Source: Fibrobacterota bacterium (GTDB taxonomy: Bacteria > Fibrobacterota > Chitinivibrionia > Chitinivibrionales > FEN-1185). Taken from it: a DNA stretch of 64,000 nt. Of this stretch, positions 24,910 to 35,438 are shown in pieces. The stretch lies in assembly GCA_003165595.1 (NCBI GenBank), contig PLWQ01000012.1, positions 269,542-333,541 on the forward strand. The letters run 5' to 3'. The first letter of the stretch is position 1. Every line of letters starts with the position of its first letter. A program made the position numbers and the translations under genes. The notes beneath the pieces are model-generated. The model saw only the letters and a program-made list of their open reading frames with translations. It was not told the DNA's origin and searched no databases.

Positions 24910-27900
24910 ACATCTCCCGAATCTTTATTCTCCGCCCGGTCATGACCACGCTCGTCATGCTTGGCATACTCATGTTCGGCATCATCGCCTACCGCGGGCT
25001 TCCGGTGAGCGATTTGCCTACCGTGGATTTCCCAACCATCCTGGTGACCGCGACCCTGCCGGGAGCGACCTCGGAAACTATGGCATCGGCGGTAGCAACG
25101 CCGCTGGAGCAGCAATTTTCCACCATCGCCGGCGTTGCAACCATGACTTCGGTGAACAGGTCCGGGCTTTCGCAGATTACGCTGCAATTCGTTTTAAGCA
25201 AGAACATCGACGCCGCGGCCCAGGACGTGCAATCTGCGATCGCGCTTGCACTGCGGCTGCTGCCTCCCGGCATGCCCACGCCGCCTTCATACCGGAAAGT
25301 AAACCCGGCCGACCAGCCGATCCTGTACATCGCGCTCACCTCGCCCACACTGCCCTTGTATTCCCTTGATGAGTACGGCGAAACCATGCTTGCCCAGCAG
25401 ATATCCATGGTGGATGGTGTTGCGCAGGTCCAGGTGTACGGCTCGCAAAAGTACGCCGTGCGGGTCCAGTTGGATCCGAGCGCACTGGCCACCCGCGGCA
25501 TCGGCATCGACGATGTGCAAAACGCAATCAACGGCGCAAACGTAAACCTGCCAACCGGAATCCTTGACGGATCGAAAAAATCCTATGCGGTGCTCGCCAC
25601 CGGCCAGCTCCTTAACGCCAACGCCTACAAGGGAATAGTCGTATCATATCGAAACGGGCGGCCCGTACGTATGGGAGAAATCGGCAACGTTATCGACGAT
25701 GTGCAAAACAACAAGACCGCAGCCTGGTTCAAGGGCAAGCGCGGCATCATCCTGGCCATCCAGCGCCAGCCCGGCACCAATACCGTGGCCGTTGCCGAAG
25801 CCGTAAAAGCGCTCCTGCCGAGCTTTCGCGGCAAGCTACCGGCAGCCGTGGACCTGCAGATATTGTTCGACCGGTCCGACACCGTGAGGGACTCGGTTCT
25901 CGACGTAAAGATAACGCTCCTGATCGCCCTGATTCTTGTGATCCTCGTTATCTTCGCCTTTCTCCGAAACCCCTCGGCTACGCTCATTCCGTCGCTCTCG
26001 CTGCCGATGTCGCTGGTAGGCACATTCGCCGTCATGGGTCGCCTGGGTTATACGCTGGACACCTTGTCGCTCATGGCGCTCACCCTGTCCATCGGCTTCG
26101 TGGTCGATGATGCCATCGTGATGCTCGAGAACATCGTGCGGCACATGGAACTCGGCGAGAAGCCGCTGGAGGCGGCGCTCAGCGGATCCAAGGAAATAAG
26201 CTTTACCATTGTGTCAATGACTTTGTCTCTGGTTGCGGTATTCATCCCGGTGCTCTTTATGGGCGGCATAATCGGAAGACTGTTCCGGGAATTTTCGGTG
26301 ACCATCGTCGTTGCCGTGCTCATTTCCGGATTCGTGTCCCTCACCCTCACGCCAATGCTGGCAAGCCGTTTCATCCGGGCCCCGGGCGAGGTGCGCCACG
26401 GCAAGGTCTTCCTGGCAACCGAGCGCGGCTTCACGGTCGTTCGCGACGCCTACGGCCGCGGGCTTGCCTGGTCGCTCGACCACAAGGCGTTCACGCTTGT
26501 CGGGTCTCTCGTTGTGCTGGCGCTTACCGTGTTTCTCTTCGTCATCAGCCCCAAGGGGTTCTTCCCCGCGGACGACACCAACAGGCTGGTGGGAATTACG
26601 CAGGCACAGGAAGGGATTTCGTTTGAAGACATGAAGCGTCACCAGCTTGCCGCAATGGCAGTTGCCGACAGCGACCGCAACATTGATGCATACATGTCAA
26701 GCGTGGGAGGGTTCCTTTCGTCGAACCAGGGAGTGCTTTTTATCCGTCTTGTCCCCAGGGCAAACCGCGCCCTCGACGCCGACAAGGTGATCCAGGAGCT
26801 GCGGCCGAAGTTCGCCCAAATTCCCGGGCTGCGGGTGTTCTTGCAGAATCCACCCCCCATTTCATTCGGCGCCACTATTTCCCAAAGTCAATACCAGTTT
26901 ACGCTTCAGGCGGCCGAGACCGACAGGCTGTATCGCGTTGCGCAGCAAATGACGGATGGGATGCAGCGAATCAAGGGGCTTCAGGACGTCACGAGCGACC
27001 TGTTGATCCGCAATCCCCAGGTCAATATCGAAATCGACAGGGACAAAGCCGCGAGCCTCGGGATTTCCGCCGAAAAAATCGAATCCGCGCTCGCCGACGC
27101 CTACTCGTCGGGACAGATATCGACCATTTACGCGCCCAACAACGAGTATTGGGTGATCATGGAACTTTTGCCGCAGTATCAGTTCGATCCGGCGAATCTC
27201 TCATCCCTGTATATCCATTCGTCAAGCGGGCAGCTTGTGCCGCTCAAGACGCTGGCGCGAATCACTCAAGACATCGGTCCGGCAACGGTTAACCATCTCG
27301 GACAGTTGCCTTCGGTGACGATCTCGTTCAATCTGGCGCCGGGCACGGCAATCGGCACGGCAATCGGCGAGGTGCAGCGCTTGAGCCGGGAAGTTGTTCC
27401 CGTCGGTATCTCCACCTCCTTCCAGGGTACAGCCCAGGCATTCCAGTCCTCGCTGTCCGGACTTGGGCTGCTGCTCGTTATCGCAATTTTCGTGATCTAC
27501 CTTGTGCTGGGTATATTGTACGAAAGCTTCATACATCCGGTGACCATTCTGTCGGCCCTGCCTTTTGCCGGGTTCGGCGCCCTCATCACCTTGATGATTT
27601 TCAGGGTGGATCTCAGCATCTACGCGTTTGTGGGCATTATCATGCTTATCGGACTTGTCAAGAAGAACGGTATCATGATGATTGATTTTGCGCAACATGC
27701 CCAGCATCAGGGCGGAAAATCCCCGCGCGACGCTATATTCAGCGCCTGCCTGATCCGTTTCAGACCCATTATGATGACCACCATGTCGGCGCTTGCCGGC
27801 ACCTTGCCCATTGCGATTGGTCTGGGCGCGGGTTCGGAATCACGGCGGCCGCTCGGCCTTGCCGTGGTGGGCGGGCTTCTCTTTTCTCAATTTCTCACTT

Positions 27901-27983
27901 TGTTCGTGACGCCGGTATTCTATCTCTATTTTGACCGGCTCCCGACGGATATCGCCAGGATCTTGCGGCGCCAAAAGAGTTGA
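24906..27983 (+). CDS. RND inner-membrane efflux pump (AcrB/HAE1-like)
   Basis: ORF 24600..27983 trimmed to GTG 24906 (VNISRIFILRPVMTTLVML..., a GTGA overlap with the MFP stop). It is about 1025 aa with 12 TM segments and two large periplasmic loops. Confidence 0.9.
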   Translation: MNISRIFILRPVMTTLVMLGILMFGIIAYRGLPVSDLPTVDFPTILVTATLPGATSETMASAVATPLEQQFSTIAGVATMTSVNRSGLSQITLQFVLSKNIDAAAQDVQSAIALALRLLPPGMPTPPSYRKVNPADQPILYIALTSPTLPLYSLDEYGETMLAQQISMVDGVAQVQVYGSQKYAVRVQLDPSALATRGIGIDDVQNAINGANVNLPTGILDGSKKSYAVLATGQLLNANAYKGIVVSYRNGRPVRMGEIGNVIDDVQNNKTAAWFKGKRGIILAIQRQPGTNTVAVAEAVKALLPSFRGKLPAAVDLQILFDRSDTVRDSVLDVKITLLIALILVILVIFAFLRNPSATLIPSLSLPMSLVGTFAVMGRLGYTLDTLSLMALTLSIGFVVDDAIVMLENIVRHMELGEKPLEAALSGSKEISFTIVSMTLSLVAVFIPVLFMGGIIGRLFREFSVTIVVAVLISGFVSLTLTPMLASRFIRAPGEVRHGKVFLATERGFTVVRDAYGRGLAWSLDHKAFTLVGSLVVLALTVFLFVISPKGFFPADDTNRLVGITQAQEGISFEDMKRHQLAAMAVADSDRNIDAYMSSVGGFLSSNQGVLFIRLVPRANRALDADKVIQELRPKFAQIPGLRVFLQNPPPISFGATISQSQYQFTLQAAETDRLYRVAQQMTDGMQRIKGLQDVTSDLLIRNPQVNIEIDRDKAASLGISAEKIESALADAYSSGQISTIYAPNNEYWVIMELLPQYQFDPANLSSLYIHSSSGQLVPLKTLARITQDIGPATVNHLGQLPSVTISFNLAPGTAIGTAIGEVQRLSREVVPVGISTSFQGTAQAFQSSLSGLGLLLVIAIFVIYLVLGILYESFIHPVTILSALPFAGFGALITLMIFRVDLSIYAFVGIIMLIGLVKKNGIMMIDFAQHAQHQGGKSPRDAIFSACLIRFRPIMMTTMSALAGTLPIAIGLGAGSESRRPLGLAVVGGLLFSQFLTLFVTPVFYLYFDRLPTDIARILRRQKS

Positions 27984-28129
27984 CGGCGCCCGACAGAACC
28001 CCGCTGATTCTTGAGCCGGGAAGACTTTCCGAGAATCCGCTCGCTGTGCAATTCGAACATTTTCTTGTCAATACCCCTCGCTTTTTCTCCGTACTATTGC
28101 TGGAGAACGGGATCAAGGAGGTGATTGGT

Positions 28130-28570
28130 ATGTCAGAACTCATAAGATATGATTGGCCGGAAACGTCGGTTGGGACGCTTTTCGAGGATCTTCTTGCGGA
28201 CAGCTTTTTCAACAGGGTGGACCGCGATCTTAGCGATACCACATGGCCGCGCGTGGATATTATTGAGCGGCCTGATTCCTATGTGCTGAAAGCGGACCTG
28301 CCGGGGCTGGAAAAGGACGACATTTCCATCAAGGTCGACAGCAGAATGCTGACGATCAGCGGCGAGAAAGAAGAGACCAAAAGAGACGTCAAGAGAGGGA
28401 ACTATTATCATCTGGAAAGGGGTTACGGCAGCTTTTGCAGGTCGTTTACTCTTCCTTCGCATGTTGACGACAGGAAAGTAGAGGCCCATTTCAAAAATGG
28501 AGTTCTTGAGCTTATCCTCAAGAAAACCGGGGAAGTGACTTCGAAAGCGATAGCAGTAAAGGTTGACTAG
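28130..28570 (+). CDS. Hsp20/alpha-crystallin small heat-shock protein
   Basis: ORF trimmed to ATG 28130 after AAGGAGG. The motif is PRVDIIERPDSYVLKADLPGLEKDDISIKV...GVLELILKK. Confidence 0.9.
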   Translation: MSELIRYDWPETSVGTLFEDLLADSFFNRVDRDLSDTTWPRVDIIERPDSYVLKADLPGLEKDDISIKVDSRMLTISGEKEETKRDVKRGNYYHLERGYGSFCRSFTLPSHVDDRKVEAHFKNGVLELILKKTGEVTSKAIAVKVD

Positions 28571-28698
28571 TTTGGGATGGGCAAGAGTGCTCCGTGCAAA
28601 CGGACGCCGTAAGGTCGGGCTCCCAGACGCAAGGGGGTTCGGCCTTCTCTTTTGGTTTGGCATAGAAGTTGTTTGTTCTATTCCAAAAAGGAGGTCCC

Positions 28699-29157
28699 AT
28701 GGATGACAGAGAAGTAACGAGACGTGAGTTCATTAGAAATGCGGGAAGAACCGCCCTTGCGGCTGCAGTTGCAGTGCCCTTCATGAACCTGGAATCGAGC
28801 GCCTCAAGCGGCAAACCACCTCTTCCCATGCAGCCGATCACCGTTGATTTGACCAAACAGGAATTTGAGCCCCTTGCAAAGGTTGGCGGCGCTGTAAAGA
28901 TCCCCAACCCGCATGATGCTCACAAACCAATAATCGTGAGCAGGATATCCGAAACCGAGGTAGCCGCTTTTTCGTCAAAATGCACCCACTTCGGGTGCGA
29001 GGTGCCGCTTCCCGATAATAATGTGATTACCTGTCAGTGCCATGGCTCAAAATTTGACATAGGCGGAAAAGTCATCCATGGTCCAGCCAATAAACCCCTT
29101 AAGGCATTCTCGGCTGCCTTGTCAGGCACGACCATTACGATAAAGGACATAGAGTAG
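28699..29157 (+). CDS. Tat-exported Rieske [2Fe-2S] protein
   Basis: ORF trimmed to ATG 28699 after AGGAGG. It has a twin-arginine signal (TRREFIRNAG). Rieske boxes are CTHFGC and CQCHGS. Confidence 0.85.
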   Translation: MDDREVTRREFIRNAGRTALAAAVAVPFMNLESSASSGKPPLPMQPITVDLTKQEFEPLAKVGGAVKIPNPHDAHKPIIVSRISETEVAAFSSKCTHFGCEVPLPDNNVITCQCHGSKFDIGGKVIHGPANKPLKAFSAALSGTTITIKDIE

Positions 29158-29183
29158 TAGCCTTCGGCCGCAAGAACACCACG

Positions 29184-29217
29184 CCTTGCCGATTTGAAAA
29201 TCATCGAATCGGCAAGG
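29184..29217 (+). terminator. Hairpin after the Rieske gene (11-bp stem)
   Basis: CCTTGCCGATT-tgaaaatcatcg-AATCGGCAAGG, 27 nt after the stop. It has no clear U-tract. Confidence 0.35.
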
Positions 29218-29586
29218 TAAATATGAATGACGATATTCGCAATACCGGGAATTCTTTGTCATAACCAAGAATCGATATTTCCGAAAGATACTGCCATGGT
29301 TCAAGACTTGCCATACAGTCGATTCCGGGAGCGACACACGCTCAGGGGATGAATGCATATTTCCAATCGCTCTTCGGGCAGGGATGCACGCCAGAGGATT
29401 GTGATCGCCCTTCACAGCGAATCACTTTCCCGGCTTGTACAAAATGAACTTAATTTATTTGTGGCAAACCGCAAACACTCGCTACTATTTTGATTCCTAC
29501 ACGACGAAGTCGATCGCATCGAGGGGGCTCAACGCTTTCGGCAATGCGGCATTCCGGGGAAAAGCCAACAAAGGGGAAGGACGATC

Positions 29587-30147
29587 ATGAAAGAACTGGT
29601 CCGGTGCAAGTCCTGCGGGTACATCATGGAAAAGGGAAAACTGCACGGTAAATGCCCTGCCTGCGGCGTTCCGGACAAGATGTTCGAGCCATATTCGGAA
29701 AAAATCGCCCCTGTGCGAAAATTTATTCTGTCGCTCGACCTGCACCCGATGCTCGTGCATTTTCCGCAGGCATTTGTCACAACAGTGCTCTTGCTTTCCC
29801 TTCTCGCAATGGTTGTGCACGGTCGGGTCCGGGACCTCATCGTTTGCGCCGACACTGTAGTGGGAATCGCGCTCCCCTTTGCGGTCCTGCTTGCCTTTTG
29901 CGCAGGCCTTCTCGACGGCAAAATCCGTTTCCGCCGCGTCACCACGCCGCTTCTGGTAAAAAAGATTGTTTTCGGGTCTCTGTTCTTCCTGCTTTCATGC
30001 GGCATCGTTGCACTGGAGCTGGCATTACCTCTCAATGCATTTTCCACGTTTGCAAGCATTGCCGGCCTGAGCCTTGTCGCTCTTGCCTGCGCCGTTTACC
30101 TCGGCTTGATGGGCGTCGGCCTTCTTAATTCAAAATTCCCGGGGTAG
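29587..30147 (+). CDS. Rubredoxin-like zinc-ribbon fused to DUF2231 membrane domain
   Basis: The N-terminus has CKSCGYIMEKGKLHGKCPACG. HPMLVHFPQAF and four TM helices follow, typical of DUF2231. Confidence 0.65.
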   Translation: MKELVRCKSCGYIMEKGKLHGKCPACGVPDKMFEPYSEKIAPVRKFILSLDLHPMLVHFPQAFVTTVLLLSLLAMVVHGRVRDLIVCADTVVGIALPFAVLLAFCAGLLDGKIRFRRVTTPLLVKKIVFGSLFFLLSCGIVALELALPLNAFSTFASIAGLSLVALACAVYLGLMGVGLLNSKFPG

Positions 30148-30173
30148 CGAGGAGCCGGGGCCCGGGTTCTTTT

Positions 30174-31055
30174 TCAGCTCGGCTTCAGCACGCCGCTCCC
30201 GATGATCAGAAGAAAAACGATCCCTTGATAAACATAGAGGGACCCGAACAGCGTGGCGAAGTTGGGGGTTTGTCTCACCCGTACCAACCGTGCGCAGGAA
30301 AAGATCAGGAAAAGCGCGCCGGCTGCAATCAGCACGGCGGTTGCAACCTCCCCGGAAACGATACGAACCGCGAGAAGGCCGAGCGAGCCGCCCACGGCTG
30401 CCGTCATCCAGAGTAGAACGGAAATTCTGAGGCCTTTCTCATTTGTCGGCGACACCATTGCCGGAAAGCCCGCACGTTCGTACTCCCTTCCGTATTTTAC
30501 CAACAGCAGTTGAAAATGCGAAACCTGCCACAGGAACATGAACAGCGAAATAGCCAGGCAGGGACTGACGACGGGACCGCCGGCCGCGGTATACCCTATC
30601 AGCGGCGGAAGCGCGCCGGTGATCGCGCCGACGAGCACGGCAAACCGTGTCCTTCGTTTGAGCGGCGTGTAAACTCCGTTGTACCAGAGCAGAGTGAAGA
30701 TGCCGAGGGACGCCGCGAAGGACGTCGATTCGAAATACAACAGTGCCGCGCCGGCAAGGATCAGCAGCGCCGCGATACCAACCGCCAGCCGCCCCGAAAT
30801 TTGTCGCATCGGTAAAGGCCGGTTCTTCGTGCGGTCCATTTGAGCATCGGAGTCCCGTTCCTGGTATTGGTTGAGCGCCGATGCCCCGCATGCGAGCAGC
30901 AGCACGCCAGTAAACGCGGCCCAGGCACGGTGGTCGGCCGCATGCCGGAAGCAAACGAACCCGGTGAGCGCGGAAAATGCGACAACGAGCGAAAGGCCGA
31001 ATCGCGTGAGTGCGGGAATGGTTCGCCACGCCGGGCCGGGCTCGCCGGCAATCAC
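30174..31055 (-). CDS. ctaB: Protohaem IX farnesyltransferase (haem O synthase)
   Basis: It is UbiA-family with ALNQYQERDSDAQMDRTKNRPLP and about 8 TM segments. It has an ATGA overlap with the coxII stop. Confidence 0.85.
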   Translation of the reverse strand: MIAGEPGPAWRTIPALTRFGLSLVVAFSALTGFVCFRHAADHRAWAAFTGVLLLACGASALNQYQERDSDAQMDRTKNRPLPMRQISGRLAVGIAALLILAGAALLYFESTSFAASLGIFTLLWYNGVYTPLKRRTRFAVLVGAITGALPPLIGYTAAGGPVVSPCLAISLFMFLWQVSHFQLLLVKYGREYERAGFPAMVSPTNEKGLRISVLLWMTAAVGGSLGLLAVRIVSGEVATAVLIAAGALFLIFSCARLVRVRQTPNFATLFGSLYVYQGIVFLLIIGSGVLKPS

Positions 31056-31966
31056 TTGAGGCCTTTGAGATAGGAAATGATCCGGCCGATCTCGTCTTCG
31101 GAGACGACGTCCTTGGATGGCGGCATGGTGTTTGGAAATCCGGACACAATGTCGGCGCCGGGATCAACAATTGATTTATGGATATAGGCGCTGTCCGCGA
31201 CGACGGTCCGCTGCACGCCGGCGGTTGTCACAACCACCTGTGAGCCGAAGAGACCTTTAAACGGGGGGCCCATCATCTTGTTGTCTTCGAGCGAGTGGCA
31301 CGACACGCATCCGCGTTCGTAGAGCAGGCGCTCGCCGGCCGGCATGTTTGCATAACTCGCGCCGGTGAACTCGATCTTCTTGCCCTGGCGCCATGCCTCG
31401 AACTGGTCCGGCGGCACCACGATGAGCTTTGCGATCATTGCCGAATGCCTTCGCCCGCAGTACTGCGAGCAGAGAATGTAGTAACTCCCCATGGTGGTGG
31501 CGTTGAACCATGCGTAGGTCGCAAGTCCCGGCACCGCGTCCTGCTGGATGCGGAAAGCCGGGACGTAAAAGCCATGGATCACGTCGGCGGAAATGAGCTC
31601 GCAGCGGACGTTTTTCCCCAGCGGCACGATAAGGTCGGCGCTCTTTTTGCCGTTGTCGTATTCGAAGAGCCACGACCACTGGCGCGCGTACACCTTGACG
31701 ACAAGCGAATTGGCCGGCGCGGAGCGAAGGAACCGGAAGCCGGTAAGTCCGTAGATGAACATCGTGGTAACCAGCAGCGTCGGCACGATAACCCATATCG
31801 CCTCGATAAGCGGGCTTTCCGGCAGCTCACTCGGCACCGGGTTGCGCGAGGCACGGTAGCGGACCGCGAAGTAGATCATGAAGAAGACAATGAGGAACAA
31901 CAGGAGCACCGACATCGCCAGAATGTAAATGAGCGCTCCGTCAACGACGCCGGTCGATGTTGCCAT
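31052..31966 (-). CDS. Cytochrome c oxidase subunit II with C-terminal cytochrome c domain
   Basis: It has two TM helices. The CuA site is CSQYCGRRHSAM. The C-terminal haem c motif is CVSCHSL, with a distal Met region. Confidence 0.9.
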   Translation of the reverse strand: MATSTGVVDGALIYILAMSVLLLFLIVFFMIYFAVRYRASRNPVPSELPESPLIEAIWVIVPTLLVTTMFIYGLTGFRFLRSAPANSLVVKVYARQWSWLFEYDNGKKSADLIVPLGKNVRCELISADVIHGFYVPAFRIQQDAVPGLATYAWFNATTMGSYYILCSQYCGRRHSAMIAKLIVVPPDQFEAWRQGKKIEFTGASYANMPAGERLLYERGCVSCHSLEDNKMMGPPFKGLFGSQVVVTTAGVQRTVVADSAYIHKSIVDPGADIVSGFPNTMPPSKDVVSEDEIGRIISYLKGLK

Positions 31967-31981
31967 GGCGGTTCTTCCCCG

Positions 31982-32269
31982 TTATCTCGTGATGACGTCC
32001 GAAAACGTAAGACCGATAAAGATGGCGAGCGCGCCGATTGCAATCGGGATCAACAGCTTGATAATGAGCCGGTGTTCGTACCGAAGGTGCATAAAATAGA
32101 ACAGCACGAGCGTTGACTTCACCGCCGCGATGCCCAGGCACACGATAATGGCGATCTTCTGGAGATTGAAACCGGCAACGGCAACGGTCGTTGCGGTGAG
32201 CACGATGAGCGCACCCCACACCGCCACATAGGAACGAGTCGTCGGCCCATGGGGCCGTGCGTCCGGCAT
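31982..32269 (-). CDS. Cytochrome c oxidase subunit IV (small prokaryotic type)
   Basis: ORF 31982..32584 trimmed to ATG 32269. It is 95 aa with three TM helices (VKSTLVLFYFMHL). Its position between coxIII and coxII supports the call. Confidence 0.7.
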   Translation of the reverse strand: MPDARPHGPTTRSYVAVWGALIVLTATTVAVAGFNLQKIAIIVCLGIAAVKSTLVLFYFMHLRYEHRLIIKLLIPIAIGALAIFIGLTFSDVITR

Positions 32270-32301
32270 TTCCCGCGATGCGTCTGCGTTCACGACCGCC
32301 C

Positions 32302-32901
32302 CTAGGTAATAAGATAAAAAAGCGGGAAAAGGAATATCCAGATGATGTCGACAAGGTGCCAATACAAACCGGAATTCACCAGATACGTTGGATTCTGCGG
32401 AGTAATGGTGCCGCGCAGGACACGCACGAGCATTACCGATAGGACGCCGATGCCCACAATAACATGCACCCCGTGCAGCCCCGTCATCAGGTAATACAGC
32501 CCGAAGAAGAGGTTTTCCCCTTTGGGAAGTGACAGCAGCACCTTGGCATTCGGGTACAGGCCGTGATGGAATTTTGCGGTCCATTCGAAAAACTTTACTA
32601 TGAGGAAACCGAACGCGCAGGCAATGGTGGCGGCCACAAACCAGGCGGACTTCCGGGTCCTGCCTTTGCCGAGCGAATCAATGGCGAGCGCGACGCAAAG
32701 ACTGCTGGTAATGAGGATCACGGTGTTGAGCGTGCCCAGAACCCTGTTGAGTTCCAGGGATCCCGCGTGAAAATCCGCGGGATTCTTGAGCCGGTACATG
32801 GAATACAGGAGAAACAGGCCGCCAAACAGGATTATCTCGGTGGAAATAAACAGCCATATTCCCAGCCTGCCGGCCGCATGTGCATCTTCGGAGGCGTTCA
32901 T
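32302..32901 (-). CDS. Cytochrome c oxidase subunit III
   Basis: 199 aa with five TM helices. It has WHLVDIIWIFLFPLFYL. Its start overlaps the coxI stop. Confidence 0.9.
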   Translation of the reverse strand: MNASEDAHAAGRLGIWLFISTEIILFGGLFLLYSMYRLKNPADFHAGSLELNRVLGTLNTVILITSSLCVALAIDSLGKGRTRKSAWFVAATIACAFGFLIVKFFEWTAKFHHGLYPNAKVLLSLPKGENLFFGLYYLMTGLHGVHVIVGIGVLSVMLVRVLRGTITPQNPTYLVNSGLYWHLVDIIWIFLFPLFYLIT

Positions 32902-34526
32902 GCGCCGGACTCCTTTTTGTCAAATTCGTACGGTCCGTGAGTGATCACCGGAATTTCTTCGAAGTCCTCCTGGCCTGGCGGCGACGGCAGTGTCCACTCG
33001 AGTGTGGCGCCGCCCCACGGATTGGCTGGCGCCCTGGCGCCCGCCACAAGGCCGCGAAGCAGATTCCCCGCCACCAGCACAAGGCCGGCAACCATGATGA
33101 ACGACCCAATGCTCGCGACCTGGTGGAGCGTGGCAAACTGCGGCAGATAGTCGTAGTAGCGCCGAGGCATTCCTTCCCACCCCAGGATAAACATCGGGAA
33201 GTAGAAAATGTTGAACCCCACGAATACAACAAGCCAGGCAACCACCGACAACGGCTTGTTGTACATCTTGCCGGTCATCTTGGGGAACCAGTAATGAACC
33301 GCCGCGGCCAGCCCGAACCCCATGCCGCCGAAAATGACATAGTGGAAATGTGCCACCACGAAATAGGTGTTGTGGAGCTGGACATTGGGCGACAACGCTC
33401 CAAGGAAAAGACCCGTGAGCCCGCCGATGGAAAACAGGAAGATAAAGGACAGTGCATACAAAAAGGGCGGCTCCACCTGGATTGATCCCTTGTACATGGT
33501 GGCGAGCCAGTTGAACACCTTGATTGCGCTCGGGACCGCAACGAGAAATGTGAGCAGCGAAAAGATGATGCCGGCGGTGTCGCTCTGGCCGCTCACGTAC
33601 ATGTGATGGCCCCACACCAGCGACCCCACGCTCGCAATGGCAAGGCTCGAAAACGCGATCATCTTGTATCCGTAAATATTCTTCCTCGAAAACACGGGAA
33701 AAATGTCGGAAATCACCCCCATGGCGGGAAGTATCATGATGTAAACCGCGGGGTGCGAATAGATCCAGAACAAATGCTGGTAGAGCAGCGGGTCGCCGCC
33801 CTTTGCCGGATCGAACACGCCGATACCGAACAGCCTTTCCATGACCACGAGCAGCATGGTTATTCCGATGATGGGCGTCGCCAGGATCTGCACCCATGCG
33901 GTGGCGTAAAACCCCCATACAGACAGCGGCATCCTGAAGAATCCCATACCCGGCGCCCGAAGCTGGTGCACGGTTGTCACGATGTTGATGCCGGTGAGAA
34001 TCGACGACATGCCCAGGATAAACACGGCAAACACCGCGAGCGGAACGTTTACCGTTGTTTTGAGGCTGAACGGCACGTAGAAGGTCCAGCCGGTGTCAAC
34101 CGCTCCGCCGCCGAAGAAAACCGAAACCAGGGCGAGCACCGCGCCAAGCACGAACAAGTACCACGTAAAAAGGTTGAGCCTGGGGAAGATCATGTCGCGG
34201 CCGCCAATGAGGATGGGGAGAAAGAAGTTTCCAAAAATGGTGGGCACGGCGGGGATCACCACAAGAAAGACCATGATGATCCCGTGCAGGGTGAAAGCCG
34301 CGTTGTACTGTTGCGCTGTGAGAATGACATGACCGGGCAGCATGTTGATGCGCATGATCACGCCGATAATCACCGCAACTGAGAAAAACGTAGCGATGCA
34401 CGCCAGGTACAGGAGACCGATACGTTTGTGATCGGTGGCCAAAAGCCAGCCTAAGGCGCCCGGGTATTTCCCTTTGTGCAAAAAGTACGGGACGTAGTCG
34501 CTTTCGTGTGTTTCGCGTTCTGCCAT
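32898..34526 (-). CDS. Cytochrome c oxidase subunit I (haem-copper oxidase catalytic subunit)
   Basis: 542 aa. Motifs are GGGDPLLYQHLFWIYSHPAVYIMILPAMG and HFHYVIFGG, with 12 TM segments. Confidence 0.95.
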   Translation of the reverse strand: MAERETHESDYVPYFLHKGKYPGALGWLLATDHKRIGLLYLACIATFFSVAVIIGVIMRINMLPGHVILTAQQYNAAFTLHGIIMVFLVVIPAVPTIFGNFFLPILIGGRDMIFPRLNLFTWYLFVLGAVLALVSVFFGGGAVDTGWTFYVPFSLKTTVNVPLAVFAVFILGMSSILTGINIVTTVHQLRAPGMGFFRMPLSVWGFYATAWVQILATPIIGITMLLVVMERLFGIGVFDPAKGGDPLLYQHLFWIYSHPAVYIMILPAMGVISDIFPVFSRKNIYGYKMIAFSSLAIASVGSLVWGHHMYVSGQSDTAGIIFSLLTFLVAVPSAIKVFNWLATMYKGSIQVEPPFLYALSFIFLFSIGGLTGLFLGALSPNVQLHNTYFVVAHFHYVIFGGMGFGLAAAVHYWFPKMTGKMYNKPLSVVAWLVVFVGFNIFYFPMFILGWEGMPRRYYDYLPQFATLHQVASIGSFIMVAGLVLVAGNLLRGLVAGARAPANPWGGATLEWTLPSPPGQEDFEEIPVITHGPYEFDKKESGA

Positions 34527-35431
34527 CAGTGGTGTTCTCTCGACGTCCGTTTCATTCCGGAAACAATGAGGTATACGATGAAAATTCCCAGCAGCGTAAA
34601 AATAACCGTGGCGCTCACCTGGAGGATATTGAACACAAAGCAGTGGCTCTTGGGGTCGTAGCTGAAACAGGCGCGCAGCACGCGCGCGATAGTCGGCTGT
34701 ACGGTGCCGTTTGATGCCTCCATGAGCGACATGGATATGTCCATGGGAAGGTAATCGGTGCCCAGGATGTAGCGCACCACTTTGCCTTGCGGAGAAAGAA
34801 CAATGAGGCCGAGCGGGTGATCGAATTCGTCCCCCTTCTTAACAAATCGGAAGCCGACCGCGTCGGCCACCTGCCTGATGCTTGCCGCAGGCCCGGTAAG
34901 AAAATGCCATCGCTGCGCCGGGTATGGTTTCTGGACCGCCTCGAACGCGATTGTTTTGGCCTTCATCGCGTCGGCGGGGGTTTCCTTTTCGTCAATGCTG
35001 ATGCAGACGACGTTCGGCGCGGTTTCCGGTTTGTCGGAAAAGGGCCGGAGCGCGTTTGCGATTGAGGTGAGCAGGATGCTGCACGCATCGGGACACTTGT
35101 AATACAGCAGGGAGAGTATGGTTGGTCCCTTTACCACGGCCCCGAGCCGCACCGAATCGCCTCTCTCGGTGACAAAGGGGAGGTCGAGCGGAACAAGCGC
35201 GCCGGGATGTTCCTCCATGCCCATGGTGCCGGTTGCCGCCGTGTCGGCCGAGGCGGGCCGGACGGTTATTGAGTCGAGCGCCGACCCGCGGGAGGCAGCC
35301 GGCTGGTGACTGTGCCCCCCGTGAGCAAAAAGAGGCGACCCCATTGCCGACACCGCGATGATCGCGGCAAGGGCGGCGCACCGCCGCACCGCATCAACCG
35401 AGCTCTTCACGCCGGAAATTTTGCGCCGCAT
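34526..35431 (-). CDS. SCO1/SenC copper chaperone with His-rich N-terminus and C-terminal TM helix
   Basis: ORF trimmed to ATG 35431 (MRRKISGV...). It has HGGHSHQP and a CPDAC thioredoxin-fold copper motif. The C-terminal TM is FNILQVSATVIFTLLGIFIVYLIV. The TGATG junction overlaps the coxI start by 1 nt. Confidence 0.8.
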   Translation of the reverse strand: MRRKISGVKSSVDAVRRCAALAAIIAVSAMGSPLFAHGGHSHQPAASRGSALDSITVRPASADTAATGTMGMEEHPGALVPLDLPFVTERGDSVRLGAVVKGPTILSLLYYKCPDACSILLTSIANALRPFSDKPETAPNVVCISIDEKETPADAMKAKTIAFEAVQKPYPAQRWHFLTGPAASIRQVADAVGFRFVKKGDEFDHPLGLIVLSPQGKVVRYILGTDYLPMDISMSLMEASNGTVQPTIARVLRACFSYDPKSHCFVFNILQVSATVIFTLLGIFIVYLIVSGMKRTSREHH

Positions 35432-35438
35432 GGGTACC